The notes under the pieces were generated by a model. That model saw nothing but the letters and a program-made list of their open reading frames with translations, made no database searches and was not told the origin of the DNA. The position numbers were made by a program, and so were the translations under genes. 64,000 nt of DNA, from contig JBDOQK010000043.1 of NCBI GenBank assembly GCA_040437565.1, positions 124,001 through 188,000 of the forward strand, given 5' to 3'. This DNA is from Albugo candida. Taxonomy: Eukaryota. Below, in pieces: positions 47,259-59,571 of the stretch (position 1 is its first letter; every line of letters begins with the position of its first letter).

Positions 47259-50200
47259 CTCCAAGAAAGAATCCGTCATCGGCCGGACTCTACCTTGTAT
47301 GAGCGTACCATACATTTTATAATCCATGCTCCAGCCTCGCCATTCCCAGCGCTCGTTAATACAAAAAGCATTTATTTCTCAATTTTTTTTGACATTTAAG
47401 GAGATCGTCGAGAACACGTCCCACACCTGGATGTTTCGCTTTGATTGTACAGCATACCCTGATAATCATCAAATTGGGCTCGTGTGGATACTGCATCTGT
47501 CCTTGCATGCTCCTTTGATGTTCTGACCAAGAGAGAATGCACGTTCATCTTTGAAGCATACTTGATGAACTACCCGTGTAATAATGTATTTCACACTTGT
47601 CATAGACACACACGCTATGCACCGGCATGCGAAATACGTTGGGCTTAATGTATGAATGTGGTGGTTGCGTGCAATGAACGGTATTCTTCGAGACTACTAT
47701 GCTGAAGTACTTTGTAGATTCACTTTGGCGGCGGGCCTTCCTTGTGTATCAACTGAGTGAAGCTCGCAAAATAGATCAACTTTATAGTGTATAAATTTAT
47801 ATAGATCTATGGATGGGCTTTCAGTTTCTTCACTTCAAGCTCTTCTAAAAGGCGTACTTAGAATCAACAGAGCGTCGATATCATCTCTTGCAGTGTTGGC
47901 TGACACATGGCAAAGATAGGTAAGATGAGAACATGCGAACACAGTCAGGCTTTAACATAGAAGTAGAATTGTAAATTCAGTTCATTACAATAATCAAAGA
48001 TCAATTTTTGAGCTTCAGGATCTATGAGATCTTTCCGACTCAGCGACAGCATATAAATCCATCAGGAAACCAAGAGCATCACGCAAGAATCTTCTGCGTA
48101 GCGATTACATTGTGGTCGTCCGAAAAATCAAAATACAATTATGTTTTTGCGCTTCTCTGGTAGCGAGTCCGATCAAGTTGCTTGCATGGTAAAACACTTT
48201 CCTGAGATCCTTTTTCACCCAAACTACCCATCGTGACTAGTAGCATGATGAGAGGCTTGTTCCGCTATCTGATACTACAATAAATTGATCAAATACTATC
48301 AAGAGCCGTTGAAAGGCTCGATTGATTGTCAAACTATCCTGACAACATCAAGTGGTTTATCTGGTGCATGTTTACGGCAGCGTTCACCGTAGTTTCATAC
48401 TATTGTTATACTCTGATGACTGTATGGTATCGGTTAGCTCCTGATCTCGGCGCTTTGCACCGAGAGCAAAGTGAACATGTGCTAGCTCGTTTTTGTGTCT
48501 ACACACGAGAATCATTCGAGCATAAAGGTACTCATGTACTTCCAGTGCAGTCATGACCAAGTTTCTATATAAACGTTCTTGTAACTTTTCGTTAGAGGTA
48601 CGAGGAAAGTGCAAATAATCTGGCATTGGTTCGGTGGTCGCCTTTACTCCGTTAGGTCGGACCTGCGGCAAATTCTATACTTTCATATTAGTGGATATCG
48701 CGTAATTTATGCGATGAGCGCAATTAAAGCTTTTCGATACGAACAAGAGCGCTATTGAACTTCGAGATTTATGAGACGCTTGTGCGTCTCAATACCGTGA
48801 TGATGTATACTCGAACAAATGCAAGTCTCCTTTCTCGTTTGAATATCAATTGTCTTACACTACAAGTCCACACGTGAATCGAGATGTTTTGCTTCGGCAG
48901 TTGCATTCAATGGAGTCTCGTTCGGAACACCTCGATAGGAAGTACTATCTTCTTGATGATATCAGTTTTTTTGTACGTTTTGTTGAGCAATGTAAAGCAA
49001 CAGACGGTAGGACCTTTAAACGGATTATATCATAAGAGATTCGCTATAAGTATGCTACAGTTGTGAAGAAGAGAACTGGCACGCACGTCTGGATTTGACA
49101 CTTCTCAAGCAAAAAGGAACGAATCTCAATAGACTAGAGTTAAGAAGCTCTGCTACTACCGCGAATGTTTGCCATCAGCTAGAAAGAAGCACGACAAATC
49201 GATCGAGACATTTGAAGACACAGGACGACGAGTCTAGAAATCTCTTTAACGATTGGGCTTTGCTAGACAACATAAATGAGTTAAAGTAAGTATATCAGAC
49301 AATTAGCGCAACCTATTTGGCATATCTACTTTCAAAAAATTTCAGACGTATGCATGGAATGAAGCTATCACCTTGAATCATTCCATTGTTCGCTAAAGCA
49401 TCTCCCCATATTCATAAATAAAGTGCATGTCAATAACCCAAACTGAAAGATGAAATCGTAATGTGAACGAGGGCAACACTCAGCTCGAAGTCTGACTTTC
49501 GATCTCTTCCGGAATTGCTCACAATTTATATCTGCGCTGCCGTTGCCTCTCGATGTTTTGCTTTGAATACTTGATCAAGAAGAAAATAAATTGCGCTTGT
49601 CAATCCCGAAGCCGATCGTCAACAAAGAAGCTCAAGTACAATCGATACGCATTGTACGCAGTTGAATGTAGATAGCTTACTTATCAGTATGACCTGATAT
49701 CTTGAAATAATTCAACGCATCTTTTTCTCCTTCGATCTTGTGTTCACCTTGTGAAAAGCTATTTTCGGTGTAGTCATATAAAGTAGTTAAACTACTTGCT
49801 GCCATGTAATAGAAGATTGCATGCAGGTGTAGGAGTGATGTGAAGTCTCTACAAAACAAAGTTATATTGGTCCTATCTAGTCTATCTGCGATCCGCCAAG
49901 GATTCATCGAGTTGCCGCAGAAGTTCATATCTTCAACTCCGCTACTATGGCATCTGACATCGATCGGTTATATGAATCATCCCCGTGAATGCTGATATAT
50001 AAAGACTTGGAAATCGAGATCAGTTTATTCACATGCATTGTTTCACAGAAGTGGAGGCGTCACTTTTCGATCATGCCTGCAAAAGAATTCCCATTTAAGT
50101 TTTTCCATCTTTATAACTCCATACACACAAAGTTTTGAATAAATATATAGCGGCGGGTAAAGGTGACATCAACTCAATTGGATATGTTACGTAAGATTCA

Positions 50201-53200
50201 TGCTCAGTGTGTCGTCTAAATCGATCGTAGAATGGGTTTGTGAACTAAGCGGAGCAGAATATATTCACGCGCATCCGAATATTAAAGCTCGACTAAGCTG
50301 CTGAAAATGAGGCTTTTCTTTTGAGATATGAATCTGTCGAGAACTTTAGTGCATGGTGCTGATTGTCGAGAGCTATTGAGCGTGCACGTCCATGACTCGG
50401 GAACCTGGGTATCTGAGCATAACGAAGTGTGAATGATAAAGGACGCATTTTGATGACCAAATGCTCTCGGAGAAAACGTTTGTAAATTCGTCACATGAGA
50501 ATCCTTGCTTTGATTATATGACCTGCCTGCCTTATATCATGATTGGCTGCTAACGACATACAGCATACTCGGGCAGAAACCTCGAAAAAGATGATTTGGT
50601 TCGGCGTGAGCAAATGAATGGCGAATCTGACATTCTTACAAAAGAAGATACAGGTTCCGGAGACTTTCCGAACGAATAAAATCACATCTCTTGTTGAATT
50701 GCAAAATGAAAGATTCTATAATTCCTTCCTTACGTGATAATGTTTCTTATTCAGCAGTTCCATTGGAAGTGCTCCAAGAAAATTAATTCGACGAGAACGA
50801 TTCAGCTAACACGGTCTATTACGACGATGCATATGATCGTATTGTTTCCGTCTGGCCGTTCCGGCTGGAGGGCTATGTGTATCATTAACCTTGCTTTATG
50901 CTGCATCGGATCCGGTCCCATGAAACACTCCAATTCTCTCGTCACTTCTATGATTGGTCTACGATCATACTTGAGGAAGGTGCGGTTAGACATTTCACCT
51001 GAAGCGATGGCGTGCATTTCAAGATTTCTGTCAGGTCGTTATAGAAAGCTGAACATTGAGAAATCATTTTGAAACTCGTCAACAAGATTGCTACGTGGGT
51101 CCAAATTTCCAAGTTAACTATACAAATTTAAAGTTCCAACTGTTTTTTTACTTCTGCAAATCCTTTGGGTAGGATTACAATCGAAGTAAAGCAGGTATGA
51201 GTAAGTGTAATGGAATTTTGGCTTGCAAAATGTTATCCAACGTTGCACATTTCAATTCACTGAAGCAATTTACAGGATTGACAAAAGATCGAACTCCGTT
51301 TTTTGAACTCGAATCATGAGGTACGAGTTCCATAGTGTGAAAGAAAATTCCAGGCTTTACACGGTTGCGACTAGAGCTGAAAAGGCTCAGAATCGAATGA
51401 TTTGACGATAAGTGATTGTAACAAGCCAAAACAAGTTGTGCTGAGAGATCAAAAACGTTTGATAGTAAAGCGTCTTCGTACGTCATTAATTCTAGTGCTG
51501 TTGTAATCTGAGCTTTAGCAATAATGGCCATAAAGTGCTACACTTAGGCTGATGTGAAAGCAGCCATTTGGCGACCCAAATCATTACTATCGATATCGTT
51601 GTACGTCGTTTGCCGCTTGAAATCCAATTGATCGACACACTCGTCCAAAAGTTTCGATATAACGATACCATTTTTCCTCACTTCGTAGTGAGACATGCTT
51701 GCCTATCTTTAAGTTACTACGCATCCGTTCATATGCTCCACCTCTACTCCAATGGTGTTCCGTTGATTCCATAACCCAACGTTGTCATTCTAGCCTGAAT
51801 GGGTACATTCGTGGAAGCTACGTACCTCAATAAAAGATTCAGAAACACTATATATAGCATGGGATTCATCGTAGTCGATACGGAAACGTGCCACCCTTTT
51901 CAAAATGCCTAATTGTTATTTCAAGCAAAGTGACTGTGAAGAGAGATACTCTGATGCCTAACGTCTTGTTGACAGCTTAGTGAGTATCGAACGCTCGAGC
52001 ATTAAGGCGCTCATGTTGCACTCTATTTGACCTTAAAATCTAATGTCTCGCGGAATATTCTCGGGAGCTATATCCTGTCTTCTCTGGTTGTATTTGCATT
52101 CTTCGGTGCTTAAGATTTGCCGAATTCATACACGCCATTGCTGCTAGAGTCAAAGAATTTTATGCACACATTCAGAACAAAGATTTTTCGTTATGAAACT
52201 CGCGTCACCAAGTCAGTCCACTCTCTTGACGCAAGTCCTACAGGATTTGTGAGCCTCCTGGCATCTGAAAGAAAGAGTACCGGATGCTCGAGTGTATAGT
52301 CAGCAAGGAGGATTGGCGGATTCAACTATCTATCAAACAAATGATGTGTGTCATGTAAAGAATATGAAATGCAGTACGAATATGATCGATGGTCTGAAAT
52401 CAAGAAATGAATCCAACAATTGCATTTTGAGCTGTTGGGTACATATTTCATGTTTCAAGCCATGAAACGGTTCTTTGATCGGCGTATTTAACGCTGCTTG
52501 GATGCAATATGCTTGGTCTCTCAGGAGTCCAGATATATTACTTTCATGAAGAGATCATGTAGTCACGATTTCCTGAGGTAGATATGTGCATTACAGACTC
52601 TCAAATCCATGAACAACATCTCTGGGCCAACTTTTGATCTTTTGCGGGTCTTCCAGGTCTGATCACATATGATGCCAATAGGGATTATAGCTTGGTATCT
52701 CGTAGATATATCCGTAACGGTGGTTTCTCTATAATCTATTTATCTGAGTGGGTGATGCAGAAGTTACAAGTCTACAATCGTTTCCTCTTCTGTGCTCAAG
52801 CATTATGGGAAGGTACGCCATTCTGACCGCAAACCATAGCTGTCTCTATATTTGATCTTTGCTGGATTCTTAGTCATCGAAGAGAATGATTTTTGAAGCT
52901 GCTGTGTTCTTACTGGAAAGAGGAAAACCGATACTAAGCCGCTAATTGATATTTTAGTCCTTTTTCAATGAGGATTGAGCTAAGCAAGGACACGTTAGCC
53001 TCTATAGATCGATGATGATCTAAGGAATCAGTCACAGCGTTTCATTGCTGGCTGAACGTCATGCAAAGATTTGAATATATATATGATGCTGAGGCCACAG
53101 TTCTTAGAGCAGCTGATAGAAAATAGCGCGACGTGGCACTGAAGTTGTATGCATTGAATGTGCTTACGGAAGAGCGATTTTCTACTTCTGAGAAAGATGA

Positions 53201-55348
53201 TCTTTCCCTGTGCAAAATTCCAATTGAAACAATAAGCGAATCGTATCTTGCTTCCTGACTTAATCATTGTTGGGAAGCGATACGGGGGTTCATTTTTTAA
53301 TAATTTGAAGTACTATTCTACCTAATTCTCTTTTAAAGGTAAGGCAGCGTCCACCAAGGATTTGATCACTACTGAGATGCTATGATGCTTGAGTAAAATA
53401 TTTCAGTACCGATCAAAGAAGAATCGATCAATGAATGCTTTCACCATTCTATATGGCATATCGCATTGGTACTTGATCAATAACATAATCGTGAGGAAGA
53501 GTTACTTCTATTTGCTCTGTTTTACGAGCACCAGTAACAATCAAAGAGGTCCTCATGCTTCTAAGAAGTGATTGACTCGCGTATTTCTACTGCAGTCATA
53601 GTCAGACTTATTAGTACTTCCTTGTAAGAAGTAAGGTGAGAGTGAAAAGGTTCTGGAAATGTTTCGCAGTAGGAATACTTTCTTCACATTGGGACTATAA
53701 TATAGTATCATTGCAAAGCTTTATCGATATCGCATCCTTTGTGTCCATCATTAATGTGAAATAAATTTAGACACTCTTTCGTGAGAACGTTCCGAATGCG
53801 TCTCTTAAAAAACTCAGTGTTAAAGTTTTGTTTGCTTAACTTGTAAGGAAGGTTTAGATGATGATACACAAAGATGGATCGTACTATGCAGCTTTTGTCA
53901 GAACAGTGGGCGACAAGCTTAAAGCAGAGAAGCTGGAACGTACGGCTGGACAAAATACTTTCGGGACAAAACAGAAAGGATTCGTCGTCGTAAAGACGAC
54001 ACATGCTTTGAAACTATCTCGAGGTATCAACGCAACGGAAAGATAATGCGACAAAGTGAGATGTTATTCGAGCGCACATGACGGCGACTCAACAGTTCGA
54101 TTGAGCGATAATGCTTTTAATACATCAGAAGTGAGTGTGAAGTGATGTTATTTGACGACCAGAACCCCTGGAACAAAGTGCATGGCAAATGAGCTTCTGG
54201 ACACCTCAAGCGCATGCGGTGAATGAAATCGTCACCTTGGAGTATTCCCTCATTTGCTGACGATTTAACTTCGATCAGGGGTGCAAATATAAGGATGAGG
54301 CCAAGACTCGACTAATAATCTGATATTAATCTATACCGACGTGGCTTGCAGTGCAATCACTTCACTATGCTATTCTTCGCTTTTGCTTTCAAACATCCGA
54401 AACACGAGACGATGTTTAGCAGCTTGTAATCATAAAGATACCCAACAACTTGCGAACAATAAACCAATTTCGCTGAGATCGGAGGGAAAGCTTGGATTCG
54501 GTTAGATAAAGCCAATCTCTACCAAACGCGAATAGCACAACCCGATGAATTTCCTTTTTGGTGGAATACAATCGATTCGGACTACACCAGCTGCTTGGAA
54601 GTAATTCGCTTCTCAGTACGATTTGATTTCTAAAATGCTGGATTTGTGTTTGTTCATGGAATTTTGCATGTCAATGAGACCATTTAGCATACTTGATGTA
54701 CGTTTCCACGTCAATGTCCAATAGCCAACTGAGATACGTGGACATGAAGCGAGATCACCACAAAACGAAACTTTGATTTATCGTGTTCCAGCTGTCATCC
54801 GACAAGGTTGCGAGTCATAGAAGCTTGGAGCTTCGAAATACACAACTGAGGACGTTTGACATCTATCGATACCGTACTTTCTACAATATTGATATGTCAT
54901 GAACGCATCCGCCAGAAGAGTCATATTTGTTTCCGTGGACCATATCCATTTCCCTGGATAGCCATTTTTGCGTCTGACGAGTTGATCAGTACGCCCAGTT
55001 CAACAAAGTTGGAGAAGCGGACATGTCGCAGTTCAGTAAAAAAGACGAGGTAATGTGTAATATATCACATCCTCCACGTCCATACACTTGGAGCACCAAG
55101 GACGCGTCTCAATAATCGAACGCTCTAACTTACCTTACAAATTACTTTTGCTAAGCATACCACATAATCGAGCCTCGAGTAGATAAAATGGGATAACTTT
55201 GTTCGATAAAGCGACTCGCATATGTGATTGGTGGACTGAATGTTGCATAAAATTATTCAATTTTGTGATCGCAAAATGAATGGCTGTGGATATCGAACCG
55301 TTTGTCAGATAAAATATCAATTTCCAATTCAACTGAGAGAGCTCCGAC

Positions 55349-55774
55349 ATGAAGAATTTGATGAGATCGAGTCAGCAGGTATGGTTTACTTCCATTGTGC
55401 ATCTGATCGTATGGTCTCGGTTTGGTCATCTTTTCGTGAAGTGTGACGAAGCTCCGTTGCCGTTATACTGTTTTACCGTGTCGATAGCAAGACGCCTCGC
55501 ACTTCCAATTGCGGAACAAGCACACTCGTTATCTGTGTCGACATCGCAGTCTAGTACGCCGGCATATCCAAACTGTCTCAGGGTCTTACAAGATAGTCAC
55601 TTTGAGGTTATAATGAGTCACCAGGTCAACCACTCAGTTAGATGTTCTGTCCTGTACAATGGTGACAATCCGTGGAATTCGAAAGCCTTTGTCGAGAACT
55701 TTTGTGGCAATGGGGCTTTTTTCTCAGATGGCTTTTGTCACGAGCATTTATCGCTTCAGAATGTCTGGATTTGA
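55349..55774 (+). CDS. Short divergent secreted protein related to the family (member 7)
   Basis: Shares the signal pattern QVWFTSIVHLIVWSRFG and has AYPNCLRVL in place of YxxCY; lacks the CxxCLFxYC half. Confidence 0.55.
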   Translation: MKNLMRSSQQVWFTSIVHLIVWSRFGHLFVKCDEAPLPLYCFTVSIARRLALPIAEQAHSLSVSTSQSSTPAYPNCLRVLQDSHFEVIMSHQVNHSVRCSVLYNGDNPWNSKAFVENFCGNGAFFSDGFCHEHLSLQNVWI

Positions 55775-57739
55775 AGGATTGCGATGATTGGAATTAGAGT
55801 GGCGTACATTAAATGAGCATCCAGAAGCATTTGAATCAGGACAGGACACAAGCATTGAAAAGTAAATACATCCGTTCTTCTTTGCTAGCTTTTCTATCGA
55901 GCTGGCACAATACATATCATTATCTGCTATCTTCATGCGAATATTTGCTGGTAACAGTTGACACGATAGACATTCTCACATAAGCTCCGATACAACGTGC
56001 CCTCTTACTTTTACTGCGTAGTGAAACATGTTGAAACGTACACTGTAGTTGAAGCACCGAGTGTGTAGTACACACGACATGCGAAACGACGACTATGAGG
56101 TATGACACATAATTCGAGAGGTAGTGATTAGTTGCCCGTAGGAGACTGTTGACCTTGATAATATACTTCCCCTTTCGAACGAAAATTAACAAAACATGCT
56201 TGCCCGTCCCAGTAACATGCTCTTATATTTTTCCTGAACCAATGTAGTCAAAAGTCGCCTCTATGAGTAGCTTTCTACAAATTTTGTACTCACTATTCGA
56301 TTGATATGCACAACGTTTAGCACGGAATTCATCATTCGCTCTATGTAAGGCGCGGAAAGCTTCAGAGGAAGTCTCGCAGGTACTCGCACTTCCGTGTGTG
56401 TAAAGAGACACCATCTTTGTGTCCAATCTCCAGTTGACACCTTACTTGTGAATTTTATCAATTTGTAACACAATGAACGCACTACCAGTAAAATTATTTG
56501 GCATTGGAGGCAGCGTTAACCAAATTCGATAACTATCGGCACGCTCTGATACTTTCACCATTCTCATTTGCCACGTGAGCGCCGTACGTTGTTAATTACA
56601 ACGAATTTGGAACAGAAAGGCTCGATTTTCTCTGCCATACGAATGCCAATACCTATTAGTAAAGAGGCCCTGAAGATTCGCAGATTCCATGTCGCTCCCT
56701 TTAATATTCGACAATATTGGACGGAATATCACATAATGACGTGTCGAACTTCCCTTTATCGATTTGAGATAAAGCAGTGTTGTATCTGTGACCAAAAACG
56801 CTATGAAACCGGACCGAACGGTAAGATAGCACGTGAGCTATTCCGTTATTATCGTGTGAGATACGTCTCCGCTGCCGATTGGGGAGGAGTTGCAGACTGC
56901 AGGCATCAAGCAGAGCTTGTTACAGGTAAAGCGGTGACTGTGCCCGCTCCCGTCTCCCTTGTTCTTGGATAAATATGTGGAGTGCTTTAGCTTACCAATG
57001 ACACTGTGATTTTGTGACAAATAATTGATAATTGCAGGGTCCAAAAACAAAATGGCGATGCATTTTGACAGTATTTTTAAGGGTGTAACTTACGGATATA
57101 GCTATTTGAATACTGCTTGAGCAACGAATGTAATAAATGGAGTCTTCGTTTGAATGGTAAGAATAACCGAGTCCACAATTTTTGGGATTCGTACAATGCA
57201 CTACCAACCATACTGAGTCGCATTTAGTGCATGTGATCGCTTAATTAGACAAGCAAGCTGTTTATTCTCAGAGCACTGCAAGTGCCACATCGAGCGTTTC
57301 ATTTCGAGTATTGATTCGCTGGTTCTGCATAACGAAATCAACTGACTTTGCGAAGTTACGGTCCAACCCGCCGTTCATAACAGAGCTTAACGTCAACAGT
57401 GCCTATTCGGTCCAAGTGTTGCGTCTTTTTCCAGTAAATACACGTTTTTCAAGGGTTGGAGTAATAACTTTGAATTAATAAGCTTTTGGTAAACTACGAC
57501 CGAAAAGATTCCTGCTTGAATTTCTGACAGACAACAAAAATGTTATATCTTTAGGATTCGAGTCTAACCCGAGATATACAGCGATGAAACGTATGACTTC
57601 AGAATCATGATTGTGGCTGGTGATACGTTACGAAATCGATCAAGTTTTGCATGAGAATAAAGCAAAAGTATCAAATTTGAATGGCCTCGAAGAAATCAAA
57701 ACTACCAACGGTCAATGTATATTCGGTCACTTCAGCCTT

Positions 57740-59238
57740 TTATTCCTCATCGCTATCTTCCACATTGGCTTGACCTCCGCCAAAGAATCCCTGGAGTAGT
57801 GCTTGGGGATTCTGTCCTGCCATTTCTTCCTGAGCTTTTTTTAATTCCTCAGGATCTAGACCGCATAGAATTTAATTTACATCCATATACATTCGAATTA
57901 CGCACCCATCATGCTCTTGGAAAGTTTTGGAAGGAGATACATCAGACCGATCGGTAATATAACAGTAAGGAAAGATGGATTCATGATCATACGAAGTATA
58001 TTCAAACTTTCTCGTTTCTGGTCAAAGCGTAGCGTGAGCGTGGTGCTAGAGAGAACGGAAACGTACCTCAAAGTAGTCAATCTCCGTGAGTGGTTGAGTT
58101 GTGATGGGATACTCAATGGGCACCGATGGAGCGTCTACGTAGAAGCGGTTGGTTACGAAATTCATCAGTCATATGTGCGAGTATGTGAGCAAACCTGGGA
58201 ATTTGGTTTCAAAGGCTTGAATTGTGCCATCTGGCGATATGTTGATCGTAAACTACAGGGCATTGATTTGTTGTATACGCATATTTGTGTAGTAGTTTGT
58301 AAATACCTGACTGAAATAATATTTTGCAGAGGGAATCTCAAGTGTATGCGTCCCCTCTGAAACGTTGAAGAACGTAAATCTCCCGTTGTAGAGTGTGTAG
58401 GTGATCTTCTCTTGTCCATTTAGAAGAAGGCGAAGTGGTGGCACTGGAATTTGATTCGGAATGGAAATATTTCCATGAATCTCAAACGAACTTTACAATA
58501 AGATCAGCATTCAGTCGCTGGAAGAANNNNNNNNNNNNNNNNNNNNNNNNNNNNNNNNNNNNNNNNNNNNNNNNNNNNNNNNNNNNNNNNNNNNNNNNNN
58601 NNNNNNNNNNNNNNNNNNNNNNNNNNACTTTCTCGTTTCTGGTCAAAGCGTAGCGTGAGCGTGGTGCTAGAGAGAACGGAAACGTACCTCAAAGTAGTCA
58701 ATCTCCGTGAGTGGTTGAGTTGTGATGGGATACTCAATGGGCACCGATGGAGCGTCTACGTAGAAGCGGTTGGTTACGAAATTCATCAGTCATATGTGCG
58801 AGTATGTGAGCAAACCTGGGAATTTGGTTTCAAAGGCTTGAATTGTGCCATCTGGCGATATGTTGATCGTAAACTACAGGGCATTGATTTGTTGTATACG
58901 CATATTTGTGTAGTAGTTTGTAAATACCTGACTGAAATAATATTTTGCAGAGGGAATCTCAAGTGTATGCGTCCCCTCTGAAACGTTGAAGAACGTAAAT
59001 CTCCCGTTGTAGAGTGTGTAGGTGATCTTCTCTTGTCCATTTAGAAGAAGGCGAAGTGGTGGCACTGGAATTTGATTCGGAATGGAAATATTTCCATGAA
59101 TCTCAAACGAACTTTACAATAAGATCAGCATTCAGTCGCTGGAAGAAAACGTATATACAGAATCTGCTTTCTGGGATGTAGGAAACGTACTTCAACACAA
59201 TCACATAAAGCTGTAAGAAAAGCAAACGGTATAGCCAT
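57740..59238 (-). CDS. EMC7: ER membrane complex subunit 7, multi-exon; middle duplicated by a gap artefact
   Basis: Signal peptide, LNGQE...NGRFTFFNVSEGTHTLEI, KRESLNILRMIMNP-TM-PKL, DPEELKKAQEEM. Confidence 0.85.
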
Positions 59239-59571
59239 TGCGCCGCACTCATTGTATTGTACAGCTTTGAGTTCTAGATGAATGGTTAAGTTTCGTTAAG
59301 TTCGCTCTCTTCTTTTTTGCATAGACATTCATGAAATATATAGAAAAGCCCGCCGGGCATCCTTTTTTGCTAAAAAAGTTATCAAAGTAGCTTACATATA
59401 TAATCAAATGTATCGTTCTACCCAGCTTTGTCCGAGTCAACACGCGATCTCATTCATGTAAACGCATGATAATGATCCCTTCGCGTGCACCACATCAATG
59501 CATCCGGAAGGTGACACGAATGTAAGAAACAAACCACGCCGCATTGAGGTGGAAGGAAGGTACATAAAACG

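Noticed and set aside
49300-57600. Many 60-140-aa ORFs in the gene-sparse region
   Set aside because: Apart from 55349-55774 none shows recognisable motifs; they are probably decayed or non-coding sequence.
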